DNA of 64,000 nucleotides from Actinomycetota bacterium (GCA_036374435.1 DASUTU010000030.1:15539-79538), one strand, 5' to 3'. Shown: positions 1 through 9,902, numbered from the stretch's first letter. Translations and numbers: made by a program. Notes: generated by a model from the letters alone, not told the origin.

Positions 1-210
1 GACCGGGCCGAGATCGACAAGTGGCTGAGCTCGATCGAGGCCGGCGTCGTCTACGTGAACCGCCGGGCCGGCGCCACCACCGGCGCGTGGCCGGGGGTCC
101 AGCCGTTCGGCGGCTGGAAGGGGTCAGGGACGTCCGGGAAGGCGGGCGGCGGTCCGTATTACGTGCAGCAGTACTTGCGCGAGCAGTCCAGGACGGTGAT
201 CGAGGAATGA
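1..210 (+). CDS. Aldehyde dehydrogenase, 3' fragment (P5C / glutamate-semialdehyde dehydrogenase type); 5' end lies outside the window
   Basis: Frame-1 translation ends ...GATTGAWPGVQPFGGWKGSGTSGKAGGGPYYVQQYLREQSRTVIEE*, the conserved ALDH C-terminal catalytic-domain region (QPFGG..SGT..KAGG). The TGA stop overlaps the next ATG (ATGA). Confidence 0.6.
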   Translation, partial: DRAEIDKWLSSIEAGVVYVNRRAGATTGAWPGVQPFGGWKGSGTSGKAGGGPYYVQQYLREQSRTVIEE

Positions 211-1505
211 CCGCGGTCGAGGCACCGGAGGACCTGGATCTCGCGAACGCGCAGGCCCCGCACCTCGTGACGGAGGTGCCGGGGCCGCGGGCGAGGGAGA
301 TCATCGAGCGCGACGCCAGAGTCACCAGCCCATCGCTGCCGCGAGCCTACGAGCTCGTTCCGCGGCGTGGCGCCGGATCGGTGGTGGAAGACGTCGACGG
401 CAACCGGTTCCTCGACGTGAACGCCGGCATCGCCGTCACCTCGACCGGCCACGCGCATCCCGAGGTGGTCGAGGCCGTTCAGCGCCAGGCCGCCGAGCTC
501 ATCCACTACTCGGCGAGCGACTTCTACCTGCCGATCTACTCCGAGGTGTGCGAGGTCCTGGACCGCATCGCGCCCATGTCCGCGCCGACGCGCTCGTTCC
601 TGACGAACTCGGGGACCGAGGCGGTGGAGGCGGCGATCAAGCTCTCGCGCTACGCGACCGGCCGGCAATACGTGATCGCGATGATCGGGTCGTTCCACGG
701 GCGCTCCTACGGGAGCGTCTCGCTCACCGCGAGCAAGGCGAAGTACCGGGCCAACTTCGGCCCGATGCTCCCGGGCATCCACCACACGCACTTCGGCGAC
801 TTCGAGCATCTCGAGAACGTGCTGTTCCGGCACCTCGTCGCGCCGCACGAGGTCGCGGCCATCGTGGTCGAGCCGATCCTGGGGGAAGGCGGCTACGTGC
901 CGCCGCCCGAGGGATGGTTCAGCTACCTGCGCGAGGTGTGCGACCGGCACGGCATCCTGCTCGTGGCCGACGAGGTGCAGAGCGGCGCTGGGCGCACCGG
1001 GAAGATGTGGGCCATCGAGCACTTCGGCGTGGAGCCCGATGTCCTGCTGAGCGGCAAAGGCATCGCCAGCGGGATGCCGCTGGGCGCGATGGTGGCGCGG
1101 GCGGACCTGATGACGTGGGAGCTCGGGGCCCACGGCTCGACCTACGGGGGGAGCCCCCCGTCCTGTGCGGCGGCGCTCGCCACGGTGGCGCTGCTCGAGG
1201 GCGGGCTGATCGACAACGCCCGCGAGACCGGCCGGGTCCTGCTCGACGGCCTCCACGACATCCAAGCGAGGCACCCGGTCGTGAAGGAGGTTCGCGGGCT
1301 CGGGATGATGATCGGCGTCGAGCTCTCGGATCACGAAACCATGGTCGCCGTGGAGCACGCCGCGTTCCGCCGGGGGTTGCTCGTGCTGGGGTGCGGCGAG
1401 AACGCGATCCGGATGTCGCCGCCGCTGGTCCTTCGGCGCGATCAGGCCCAGACCGCTCTCGAGGTCTTCGAGGAGGCCGTGGCCGAGGTGGACCGAGAGG
1501 CGTGA
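207..1505 (+). CDS. gabT: Class-III (omega) aminotransferase, 4-aminobutyrate aminotransferase (GabT) family
   Basis: ORF 21..1505 with start moved to the Met of MTAVEAPEDL (aa 63). N-terminus LVTEVPGP..VEDVDGNRFLD..GIAVTSTGHAHPEVV and PLP-fold motifs resemble actinobacterial GabT. ATGA overlap with the upstream gene. Confidence 0.8.
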   Translation: MTAVEAPEDLDLANAQAPHLVTEVPGPRAREIIERDARVTSPSLPRAYELVPRRGAGSVVEDVDGNRFLDVNAGIAVTSTGHAHPEVVEAVQRQAAELIHYSASDFYLPIYSEVCEVLDRIAPMSAPTRSFLTNSGTEAVEAAIKLSRYATGRQYVIAMIGSFHGRSYGSVSLTASKAKYRANFGPMLPGIHHTHFGDFEHLENVLFRHLVAPHEVAAIVVEPILGEGGYVPPPEGWFSYLREVCDRHGILLVADEVQSGAGRTGKMWAIEHFGVEPDVLLSGKGIASGMPLGAMVARADLMTWELGAHGSTYGGSPPSCAAALATVALLEGGLIDNARETGRVLLDGLHDIQARHPVVKEVRGLGMMIGVELSDHETMVAVEHAAFRRGLLVLGCGENAIRMSPPLVLRRDQAQTALEVFEEAVAEVDREA

Positions 1506-1521
1506 GGAGAGGGCGGCTCGG

Positions 1522-2436
1522 GTGAGCAAGCTCGCCACGATGCGGGACGCCGTCGCCGAGATCGTCCGCGACGGCGACACCGTGGCGATCGAGGGCTTCA
1601 CCCACCTGATCTGCTTCGCCGCCGGGCACGAGATCATCCGCCAGCGCAGGCGCGACCTGACGCTCGCCCGGATGACGCCCGACGTGATCTACGACCAGAT
1701 GATCGGCGCCGGCGTCGCCCGCAAGCTGGTCTTCTCCTGGCTCGGCAACCCGGGGGTGGGCTCGCTGCACGCGGTCCGCCGCCGGATCGAGCACGGGGAT
1801 CCCGCCTCGCTGGAGATCGAGGAGTATTCGCACTTCGGCATGGTGTGCCGGTACGTCGCCGGGGCCTCGAACCTCCCGTTCTTCCCCATCCGCAGCTACT
1901 TCGAGAGCGACATCCCCAGCGTGAACCCGAACATCAAGCCGATGCGTTCGCCGTACGACGACGGGACCGAGGTCTTCGTCGTGCCCCCGCTCAGGCCGGA
2001 CGTCACGATCGTGCACGCCCAGCGCGCCACCGCCGACGGCGACTCGCAGATCTGGGGACTCCTCGGGTGCCAGAAGGAGGCCGCGTTCGCCGCCGACCGG
2101 GTGATCGTGGTGTGTGAGGAGGTCGTGGAGGAGTCGGTGGTCCGGCAGGACCCCAACCGGACGGTGATCCCCGGCATCGTGGTGGACGCGGTGGTCGAGG
2201 AGCCATTCGCCTGCCACCCCAGCTACGCCCAGGGCTACTACGACCGCGACAACGTGTTCTACCGGGAGTGGGAGGGCATCTCGAAGGACCCCGAGGCCCT
2301 CGAGGCCTGGCTGAAGGAGTGGGTGTACGGGCTCGAGAGCCATGCGGAGTACACGGAGAAGATGACGGACCGGCGGGCCGAGCTCGCGCCGGGCGAGCGC
2401 CTGTCCGGCCAGGTCAACTACGGGACGTACGCATGA
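1522..2436 (+). CDS. Family-I CoA-transferase subunit A (3-oxoacid / glutaconate CoA-transferase type)
   Basis: 304 aa; MSKLATMRDAVAEIVRDGDTVAIEGF... is typical of subunit A. It pairs with a downstream B subunit. Confidence 0.8.
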   Translation: MSKLATMRDAVAEIVRDGDTVAIEGFTHLICFAAGHEIIRQRRRDLTLARMTPDVIYDQMIGAGVARKLVFSWLGNPGVGSLHAVRRRIEHGDPASLEIEEYSHFGMVCRYVAGASNLPFFPIRSYFESDIPSVNPNIKPMRSPYDDGTEVFVVPPLRPDVTIVHAQRATADGDSQIWGLLGCQKEAAFAADRVIVVCEEVVEESVVRQDPNRTVIPGIVVDAVVEEPFACHPSYAQGYYDRDNVFYREWEGISKDPEALEAWLKEWVYGLESHAEYTEKMTDRRAELAPGERLSGQVNYGTYA

Positions 2437-3212
2437 GCTCGGCGCCGACCGACGGCTACACGAAGAACGAGATGATGATCGCCGCGAGCGCGCGGACGCT
2501 GGCCGGCGAGCGCATCTGCTTCGTCGGCGTGGGGCTGCCCAACATCGTGTGCAATCTTGCGCAGCGAACTGTGGCGCCCGAGCTCCAACTCGTGTACGAG
2601 GCCGGCGTGTTCGGCGCGCGTCCGGCCCGACTGCCGCTCTCGATCGGCGACCCGACGCTCGTGTCGGGATCGACGGCCGTCACGTCGATGTTCGAGCTGT
2701 TCGCGTTCTACCTCCAGGCCGGGCTGATCGACGCCGCCTTCCTCGGCGGCGCGCAGATCGACCGGTTCGGGAACCTCAACACGACCGTCATCGGCGACTA
2801 CGCGAGCCCGAAGGTTCGGCTCCCCGGGTCGGGCGGCGCCTGCGAGATCGCCATCCACGCTCGGAAGATCCTCGTGATCATGCGTCAGGCCCCCCGGTCG
2901 TTCGTGGAGAGGCTGCACTTCCGGACCTCGCCAGGCCACTCGGGCGACCCCGAGCACGACCGCGCCCGCGGGTGGTTCGGCAGCGGGCCGACCAGCGTCG
3001 TGACCGATCTCGGGACCTACGGGTTCGACGAGGAGACGGGCGAGATGACCCTGCTGACGCTTCACCCCGGGGTCACGCTCGACCAGGTCCGCGAGAGCAT
3101 GGCGTGGGACCCGAAGGTCTCGGACGAGCTCGGCGAGACCCCCGTGCCGACCGGCGACGAGCTGCGGATCATCCGGACCGAGCTCGATCCCAAGGGAGCG
3201 CTCACCTCGTGA
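2433..3212 (+). CDS. Family-I CoA-transferase subunit B
   Basis: Start placed at MSSAPTDGYTKNEMMIAASAR (aa 56 of ORF 2268..3212). ATGA overlap with subunit A. The GVGLPNIV.. motif region is typical of B subunits. Confidence 0.8.
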   Translation: MSSAPTDGYTKNEMMIAASARTLAGERICFVGVGLPNIVCNLAQRTVAPELQLVYEAGVFGARPARLPLSIGDPTLVSGSTAVTSMFELFAFYLQAGLIDAAFLGGAQIDRFGNLNTTVIGDYASPKVRLPGSGGACEIAIHARKILVIMRQAPRSFVERLHFRTSPGHSGDPEHDRARGWFGSGPTSVVTDLGTYGFDEETGEMTLLTLHPGVTLDQVRESMAWDPKVSDELGETPVPTGDELRIIRTELDPKGALTS

Positions 3213-4528
3213 GCCACGTGTTCCACCGGGTCCTGACGCGCGACCTGCCGCGCGCCGTTCGGGCCGAAGGTGTCTGGGTCGAGGACGCCGGCGGAAAGCG
3301 GTACCTCGACGCCGCCGGCGGGGCGATCGTGGTCAACGTCGGGCACGGCGACCGCTCGCTGGTCGAGGCGATGGCCGCCCAGGCCGGCCGGGTGCCGTAC
3401 GTGCACGGAACCGCGTTCACCACCGACGCGCTCGAGGCCTACGCCGACGACGTCGCGCCGCTCCTGCCGCTGGAGGACGCCCGGATCTATCCGGTGTCCG
3501 GGGGGAGCGAGGCCGTCGAGACGGCGATCAAGCTCGCGCGCGCGTACCACCTCGCCCGCGGCCGGGAGTCGAGAACGCTCGTGATCGGCCGCCGGGCCTC
3601 CTACCACGGCAACACGCTCGGGGCGCTCGACGCCGGCGGCAAGGAGACCCTGAAGAAGCCGTACGGGCCGTGGCTGGGGCGGTTCGTCCACGTGGAGGCG
3701 GCGTACGAGTACCGCTGCCCGAACTCGAATCACCCGACGGGCTGCGGCGCCTGGCACGCGTCGCGGCTCGAGCGGGCGATCGAGGACGCGGGCCCGTCGA
3801 CGGTCGCGGCCTTCATCGCCGAGCCGGTGGGCGGCGCCACGCTCGCCGCGGCGGTTCCCACCGACGACTACTGGCCGGCGGTGACCGAGGTGTGCCGCCG
3901 CCACGGGGTCCTCGTGATCGCCGACGAGGTGATGACGGGGTTCGGCCGGACGGGACGGTGGTTCGGGCTCGACCATTGGTCGGTCCGAGCGGACGTCGTG
4001 ACGGTGGGCAAGGGCTCGACCTCCGGATACTGGCCGTTCGGGTTCGCCGCGTGTTCGAGCGAGGTGTTCGAGGCGGTTCGTGCCCGCGGGTTCGTCCACG
4101 GCTTCACGTGGTCGCACAACGGCGTGGGAGCGGCCGTCGCCCACGCCGCGCTCCGCCGCCTCCGCGACGACGGGCTGGTCGAGGCGAGCGCCCGCCAGGG
4201 CGAGCGGCTCCTGAAGGACCTCTCGGCCGCCCTGGTCGACGATCCGATCGTCGGCGACGCGCGCGGGATCGGCTCGATGATCGGGATCGAGCTCGTGGCC
4301 GACCGCTCGACCAAAGCCGCCTTCGCGCGAGCCGAGCAGGTGACCGAACGCACCCTGGCCGCCGCTCGCGAGGAGGGCCTCCTCCTGTATTCGAGCACCG
4401 GCCACGTCGACGGCACCAACGGCGACCTGGTGATGCTCGGGCCGCCGTTCGTCATCTCGGACGAGGAGTGCGACCTCGTCGTGGAGCGGACCGCTGCGGC
4501 CATCGCGCGCGTCTCGGGGGCCGGCTAG
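3209..4528 (+). CDS. Class-III aminotransferase (omega-amino acid / diamine:pyruvate-type)
   Basis: GTG start overlapping the upstream stop (GTGA). Has VNVGHGD, PVSGGSEAVETAIKLAR, EVMTGFGRTG and TVGKG (PLP lysine) motifs. Confidence 0.85.
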   Translation: MSHVFHRVLTRDLPRAVRAEGVWVEDAGGKRYLDAAGGAIVVNVGHGDRSLVEAMAAQAGRVPYVHGTAFTTDALEAYADDVAPLLPLEDARIYPVSGGSEAVETAIKLARAYHLARGRESRTLVIGRRASYHGNTLGALDAGGKETLKKPYGPWLGRFVHVEAAYEYRCPNSNHPTGCGAWHASRLERAIEDAGPSTVAAFIAEPVGGATLAAAVPTDDYWPAVTEVCRRHGVLVIADEVMTGFGRTGRWFGLDHWSVRADVVTVGKGSTSGYWPFGFAACSSEVFEAVRARGFVHGFTWSHNGVGAAVAHAALRRLRDDGLVEASARQGERLLKDLSAALVDDPIVGDARGIGSMIGIELVADRSTKAAFARAEQVTERTLAAAREEGLLLYSSTGHVDGTNGDLVMLGPPFVISDEECDLVVERTAAAIARVSGAG

Positions 4529-4530
4529 GG

Positions 4531-5679
4531 GTGGGGGGCCGGGCCGGGCTCGTGGTCAATCCCGAGGCCAAGATCTACGACCACGGTCCCGCCCACCCCC
4601 TCAGGCCCCAACGCGTCCTGTTCACGTGGGACCTGATCCGGGCGTGTGGCCTGCTCGAGCTGCCGCAGGTCCTCGAGCTCGGGGCCGAGGCCGCAGGCGA
4701 CGACCGGCTCGGCCTCGTGCACACCGAGGACTTCATCGAAGCCACCAGGCGTGCCGGGCACGGAGAAGCCGGGGAGTGGTGGCGGTACGGCTACGGCCCC
4801 GGCGACAACCCGATCTTCCCCCAGATGCACGAGGCGGGCGCGCTCGTTGCCGGCGCCACGCTCGCCGCGGCCGAGGCGGTCCACGAGGGCCGCGTGGACC
4901 ACGCGTTCAACGCCGCCGGCGGCCTGCACCACGCGATGCCGTCCCGGGCGTCGGGGTTCTGCGTGTACGACGACCCGGCCATCGCCATCGCCTGGCTGCT
5001 CGAGCGCGGCGTCCATCCGATCGCCTACGTCGACGTCGATGTGCATCACGGCGACGGCCCGCAGGCGATCTTCTACGATGATCCACGGGTGCTCACGATC
5101 TCGCTCCACGAGTCCGGCGAGTACCTGTTCCCCGGCAGCGGGTTCATCACCGAACGCGGCGACGGCCCGGGAGAAGGCACGAAGGTCAACGTCCCGTTCC
5201 ATCCCGGCACCACCGGACGGGCCTGGCTGGCCGCGTTCGAGTCGATCGTGCCCCCGTTGCTCCGGGCGTTCGGACCGCAGGTACTCGTGACCCAGCTCGG
5301 GGCGGACTCGCACGTCACCGATCCGCTGGCCCACCTGCGGCTCACGACCGATGTCTACCGGCAGGTGGCGTCGATGCTGCACGCGCTGGCCCACGAGGTG
5401 ACCGGCGGTCGGTGGATCGCCACCGGCGGCGGCGGGTACCAGTGGGCCACGGTGGTCCCGCGCGCCTGGACCCTGTCCTTCGCCGAGATGTGCGGCGCCG
5501 ACCTGCCCGACCACCTTCCCGAGGGCTGGATCGAGACGGTCGAGTTCGAGATCCGCGCCGAGGTCCCCGTGACGTTCTCGGACCCGCCGGTCGAAGGCGA
5601 CCACCTCGACGGCGAGACCGAAGCCACGATCGAGCTGGTGCGGAAGACCTGCTTCCCGTTCTTCGGGCTCGAGGCGTGA
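4531..5679 (+). CDS. Histone-deacetylase-family amidohydrolase (AcuC / acetylpolyamine amidohydrolase-like)
   Basis: Contains VDVDVHHGDG and SLHESGEYLFPGSG plus the Arg-binding-loop region of the HDAC/AcuC/Aph family. GTG at 4531 lies directly after the upstream TAG (alternative GTG at 4552). Confidence 0.75.
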   Translation: MGGRAGLVVNPEAKIYDHGPAHPLRPQRVLFTWDLIRACGLLELPQVLELGAEAAGDDRLGLVHTEDFIEATRRAGHGEAGEWWRYGYGPGDNPIFPQMHEAGALVAGATLAAAEAVHEGRVDHAFNAAGGLHHAMPSRASGFCVYDDPAIAIAWLLERGVHPIAYVDVDVHHGDGPQAIFYDDPRVLTISLHESGEYLFPGSGFITERGDGPGEGTKVNVPFHPGTTGRAWLAAFESIVPPLLRAFGPQVLVTQLGADSHVTDPLAHLRLTTDVYRQVASMLHALAHEVTGGRWIATGGGGYQWATVVPRAWTLSFAEMCGADLPDHLPEGWIETVEFEIRAEVPVTFSDPPVEGDHLDGETEATIELVRKTCFPFFGLEA

Positions 5680-7100
5680 ACCGGCGCGGGGTCAAGCTCG
5701 TCTGCACGTTGGGCCCGGCGACCGCCTCGCTCGAACGCGTCCGCGCGCTGGCCGAGGCCGGCTGCGAGGTGTTCCGGGTCAACCTGTCCCACGGCGACCG
5801 CGCCCAGTGGGACGAGCTGTTCTCCCTGGTCCGCTCCGTCTCCGAGGAGCGAGGGGACGACCTCGCCGTGTTGAGCGATCTGCCGGGGCCGAAGATCCGG
5901 CTGGGGCAGTTCGAAGCCGGAGAGGTCGAGCTCGAGGCCGGAGGCCGGTTCGAGCTCCGTCCCGACGTCGAATCGCCGGGCGACGCGACCGGGGCGGGGA
6001 CGACGTACGACGGTTTGGCCGCCGACGTCCGGCCCGGCGACCGCATCCTGCTCGCCGACGGCGCCGCCGAGCTGGTGGTGGCCTCGACGGACGGCTCGAT
6101 CGTGGTGAGCGAGGTGGTCCGGGCCGGACTGGTGCGTTCGGGCGGTGGCGTGAACGTGCCGGCCGAGCGGCTCGGGCTCCCCGCTGTCACCGAGCGCGAC
6201 CGAACGCGCCTGGCCGAGGCGCTCGGGCGCGGAGCCGACCTGGTGGCGCAGTCCTTCGTGCGGAACGCCGCCGATGTGGCCGAGCTCCGCGCGTTGATGG
6301 GGGAGCGAGCCGTGCCGATCGTCGCGAAGATCGAGACCCGACCGGCCGTGGAGGGCATCGAGGCCATCCTGCGGGAGGCGGACGCGATCATGGTGGCGAG
6401 GGGCGACCTCGGCGTCGAGCTGCCGATGGAAGAGATCCCGATCCTGCAGAAGGAGCTGTTGCAGGCGGCGCAGCGCGCATCGCGGCCGGTGATCGTCGCC
6501 ACCCAGATGCTCGAGTCGATGACGGCGGCCCCACGGCCCACCCGGGCCGAGGCCACCGATGTGGCGAACGCGGTGCTCGACGGCGCCGACGCCATCATGC
6601 TCTCGGCCGAGACCGCCATCGGCGCCTATCCGGTGGAGGCGGCGACCGCCGCCGTCCGGATCGCCGAGGTGGCCGGGGAGCGCGGCGCCGAGTTCCGCTC
6701 CCCACCCGCCTCGTGCACGCACGAAGACGAAGCCGGCGCCGTGGCGCACGCGGCCGCGAGGATCGCCGCCGCCGACCGCGACGTCGTCGCGATCACCTGC
6801 TACACGCAGACCGGCCGTACCGCGGCGCTGCTCTCGGCCGAACGCCCCTCGGTCCCGGTTTACGCGTTCGTTCCGAAGTCCGAGGTCCGCCGGGCGCTCG
6901 CATTGCGGTGGGGCGTCCATGCCCTTCGCGCGCGGATCCCAGACGACACCGACGAGATGATCGCGCTGATGGACGAGGGCCTGCGCGCCGAAGGGTTCGC
7001 CCGGGACGGCGACGCCGTCGTCATGGCCGCCTCCTCGCCCGCCGGGATCATGCGGACGAACATGCTCAAGGTGCACCACCTGGGCAGCGCGGTCCGCTGA
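5676..7100 (+). CDS. pyk: Pyruvate kinase
   Basis: VNRRGVKLVCTLGPATASLERVRALAEAGCEVFRVNLSHGD... is the canonical PK N-terminus. 474 aa; GTGA overlap with the upstream gene. Confidence 0.9.
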   Translation: MNRRGVKLVCTLGPATASLERVRALAEAGCEVFRVNLSHGDRAQWDELFSLVRSVSEERGDDLAVLSDLPGPKIRLGQFEAGEVELEAGGRFELRPDVESPGDATGAGTTYDGLAADVRPGDRILLADGAAELVVASTDGSIVVSEVVRAGLVRSGGGVNVPAERLGLPAVTERDRTRLAEALGRGADLVAQSFVRNAADVAELRALMGERAVPIVAKIETRPAVEGIEAILREADAIMVARGDLGVELPMEEIPILQKELLQAAQRASRPVIVATQMLESMTAAPRPTRAEATDVANAVLDGADAIMLSAETAIGAYPVEAATAAVRIAEVAGERGAEFRSPPASCTHEDEAGAVAHAAARIAAADRDVVAITCYTQTGRTAALLSAERPSVPVYAFVPKSEVRRALALRWGVHALRARIPDDTDEMIALMDEGLRAEGFARDGDAVVMAASSPAGIMRTNMLKVHHLGSAVR

Positions 7101-7112
7101 CGGTCGATCCGG

Positions 7113-7901
7113 TCAGGTCCTTCGCCGGGCCCGGGTGGTCACGGCGCCGAGACCCCATCGGTAGAGGGATGGCGTCAGCACTCGAAACGCCTGGAATGCG
7201 GCGAGCGTTCGAGGCACGGAGATCTCGGGCCCGCGGCCGCGGCGGACCACGTCTTCGATCGTCCTGGCGATCCGGTCGACGTCGACCAGGAGGGCGCGTG
7301 GGACGGCCACGCTCGGGAACCGTTCGGTCTTGGCGAACCCCGGGTTCACCGCCGTCACGAGTACGCCCTGCGGTTCCAGCTCGTGGAACAGCGCTTCGCT
7401 GAACGCCACCACACCGTGTTTGGTGGCCGAATACACCGCCGCGCCCGGGACGGCGTACCGGCCGGCCAGCGAGGCGACGTTCACCACGTGGCCCCGGCCG
7501 CGCTCGAGCATCTCGGGCAGGAACGCCTTGGTGACCAGCAGGACCGAGAGCAGGTTCACCCGCACCACGCGTTCGACCTCCTCGACCGAGACCGCCTCGA
7601 ACCGGCCGCCGCCGGGAATCCCCGCGTTGTTGACCAACACGTCGCAGCGGCCGAACGCCCCCAGCGTTGCCTCGACCAACGACGCGACGTCGGCGCCGTC
7701 CGTGACGTCGCATCGGACGGGCAGGGCCTCGCCGCCGCGAGTGCGGATTCGTTCCTCGAGCGACTCGAGCCGGTCGAGCCGGCGCGCCGCGAGCACCACC
7801 CGCGACCCCGCGCGGGCGAACCGCAAGGCCGTGGCCTCGCCGATCCCGGACGAGGCCCCGGTCACCACCACCACCGCGCCGCGAAGGTCCACGGGCCGCA
7901 A
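7113..7901 (-). CDS. Short-chain dehydrogenase/reductase (SDR)
   Basis: Has VVVTGASSGIG (Rossmann), NNAG, and the S...Y...K catalytic triad context (YSATK). Confidence 0.85.
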   Translation of the reverse strand: MRPVDLRGAVVVVTGASSGIGEATALRFARAGSRVVLAARRLDRLESLEERIRTRGGEALPVRCDVTDGADVASLVEATLGAFGRCDVLVNNAGIPGGGRFEAVSVEEVERVVRVNLLSVLLVTKAFLPEMLERGRGHVVNVASLAGRYAVPGAAVYSATKHGVVAFSEALFHELEPQGVLVTAVNPGFAKTERFPSVAVPRALLVDVDRIARTIEDVVRRGRGPEISVPRTLAAFQAFRVLTPSLYRWGLGAVTTRARRRT

Positions 7902-7924
7902 GCCTAGGCCACCGCTCTCGTACG

Positions 7925-8764
7925 ATGGAGGAACCGATGGACGTGGTCCGGTCTCATGCCGCCCGGCTTCCGGCGATCGACGATCGCTGGGAGCCTCGCC
8001 ACCACGACCGGGACGAGCTGATCCTGGGCCTGCTCGACGGACGGGTGGCGTTCGAGGAGGTCAGCCACCCGCTCGACAACGTCCTGCGCAACATCGGACT
8101 GCTGGTCGGTGGCGACCCCGACAAACAGTTCGGCCTGAGCGGCCTGAACGGCTTCTCGCGTCGCGAGATCCTCGAGCTGGTGGGGGCGGCGGCGGGGTTC
8201 GAGCCCGACCACTACGCCAGCACCGGGCCCGTGCCCGTGGATCCCGAGCGCGTGCTCCTGGCCTGCGAGCGGGTCGGGGACCGCATGGCCGAGGCGTGCC
8301 GCCGCGGTGAGCGGGTGATCTTCGCCACGGGCCACCCGGTCGGCCTCATCCACCTCTACACGGCGGTGGGGCGCGAGCTCCGGGCTCGCGGGGTCGAGCT
8401 GCTCACGCCGGCCGACGGCCTCACCTGGCACGACGACGAACGCGACCATCCCTGGCAGATCCGGTACCTCGAGGGGGTCGCGCTGCTCACCGACATCGCC
8501 AGCGCCCGCCACACGCACAGCCCGGACCCGATGCGACGGATGCTCGAGCTCGAGCGGCCGGACCTCGTGTTCGCCGACCACGGGTGGGCGGGAGCGGCCA
8601 TCGAGGACGGCGTCGACACCGTCTCGATCGCCGACGTGAACGACCCGGCGCTGGTCGTGGCGCAAGCCCAGGGACGGTCCGAGACCGTGATCGTCATGGA
8701 CGACAACGTCCGCCCGGAGGGTTACTGGCCCTGTTTCCAGGCGATCGTCTCCCGCCTGCCCTGA
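7925..8764 (+). CDS. Conserved hypothetical protein
   Basis: 279-aa ORF with good GC3 skew. The overlapping 588-aa antisense ORF is R/S/T/P-rich junk. No family recognised. Confidence 0.5.
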   Translation: MEEPMDVVRSHAARLPAIDDRWEPRHHDRDELILGLLDGRVAFEEVSHPLDNVLRNIGLLVGGDPDKQFGLSGLNGFSRREILELVGAAAGFEPDHYASTGPVPVDPERVLLACERVGDRMAEACRRGERVIFATGHPVGLIHLYTAVGRELRARGVELLTPADGLTWHDDERDHPWQIRYLEGVALLTDIASARHTHSPDPMRRMLELERPDLVFADHGWAGAAIEDGVDTVSIADVNDPALVVAQAQGRSETVIVMDDNVRPEGYWPCFQAIVSRLP

Positions 8765-8987
8765 GGAAGGTCCGCCGGACCCGATCCGCCCACCCCGGTA
8801 GGATGGCCCCGACGTGAACTCCACATCCGACCCCGAGGCACGGCTCGAACGCGTGAACAGGTTCAACTGGCGCGCACCCATCCACCTCGTGACCATCTCG
8901 ACGATCCCCCGGCGGAGGCATCCGGCAACCGGGTAGCCCGGCACGCGTGCGAACGGGCCTCCGAGGCCGACCAACCCGGAGGCGGAC

Positions 8988-9878
8988 GTGAACGAGTACG
9001 AAGCGCTCGTCGACCAGGCCGTGCGCACGAAGAACACCGTGATGCTCGTCGGCGGGCTCGACACCGGCAAGAGCACCCTGTCCCGGACGCTGCTCCAGGC
9101 GGCGGTGTCCGCCGGGCGCCGGGCGGCGTTCATCGACGCCGACGTCGGACAGAAGTCGGTGGGTCCGCCGGCGACGATCACGCTCAAGGCGACGGCCGCG
9201 GTGGCGGACCTTGAGCCGGAACGGTTCGCCGGCCAGGACGCGTTGGCCTTCGTCGGATCGACCTCCCCCGAGGGGCACCTCCTCCCGGTGCTCGCCGGCG
9301 TGGCCACCCTGCACCGCCGGGCGGTCGAGGAGAAGGCCGAGTTCGTCGTGGTGGACACCTCCGGCCTCGTGTCCGGCGTGCACGGGCAGATCCTCAAGTA
9401 CCACAAGGTCGAGCTTCTGCGGCCGGATCTGGTGGTCGGGCTCCAGCGGGGCGAGGAGCTCCTGCCGCTGTTGGGCGTGATCCAGCGGTTCTTCCCCACG
9501 GAGGTCGTGCCGATGGTTGTCCACCCCGGCGTCGTGCCGACCACGGTCGACCAGCGGGCCGAGAACCGGGAGATGGCGATGCGCCGGTACTTCGCCGGAG
9601 AGCTGCACCGCTTCCGGGTCAAGCCGACGGTGTTCATGCCGGCCCTGCCGCCGCTCTTCGACCTGGCCAACCTGCATCGGATCCTCGTGGGGCTCTCGGA
9701 CGGCGCCGGTGCCTACACGGGGCTTGGGTACCTCGAGCACGCTCCCGACGACGGCGTCCTGCGGCTCATCTCGCCCGTGGCAGCGGGGCCAAAGGCGCTT
9801 AGACTGGGGTCCGTCCGCCTCGAGAAGGACTTCCGCGCCAAGCGGGTCGACCTCCGGCATCTGTTCGGGTCGGAGTAA
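8988..9878 (+). CDS. Clp1/Grc3/Nol9-family P-loop NTPase (putative polynucleotide 5'-hydroxyl kinase) homologue
   Basis: Walker A VMLVGGLDTGKSTL is followed by FIDADVGQKSVGPPATI (Clp1 'clasp' DxGQ motif) and the Walker-B-like FVVVDTSGLV. This order and spacing match Clp1. Confidence 0.65.
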   Translation: MNEYEALVDQAVRTKNTVMLVGGLDTGKSTLSRTLLQAAVSAGRRAAFIDADVGQKSVGPPATITLKATAAVADLEPERFAGQDALAFVGSTSPEGHLLPVLAGVATLHRRAVEEKAEFVVVDTSGLVSGVHGQILKYHKVELLRPDLVVGLQRGEELLPLLGVIQRFFPTEVVPMVVHPGVVPTTVDQRAENREMAMRRYFAGELHRFRVKPTVFMPALPPLFDLANLHRILVGLSDGAGAYTGLGYLEHAPDDGVLRLISPVAAGPKALRLGSVRLEKDFRAKRVDLRHLFGSE

Positions 9879-9902
9879 ATCCAGACGACGGAGAGGAAAC
9901 GC

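Noticed and set aside
5355-7079. 574-aa and 425-aa minus-strand ORFs antisense to the HDAC and pyruvate kinase genes
   Set aside because: Antisense GC-frame artefacts. Pyruvate kinase on the plus strand is unambiguous.
8817-8942. 41-codon ORF (VNSTSDPEARLERVNRF...) in the 220-bp gap before the Clp1-like gene, and a possible structured RNA there
   Set aside because: No recognisable riboswitch or sRNA consensus and no convincing SD; left unannotated.
7904-9670. 588-aa ORF on the minus strand spanning the hypothetical and Clp1-like genes
   Set aside because: The translation is an R/S/T/P/G-rich low-complexity string, typical of antisense frames in 70% GC DNA. The plus-strand genes have recognisable motifs (Walker A etc.).
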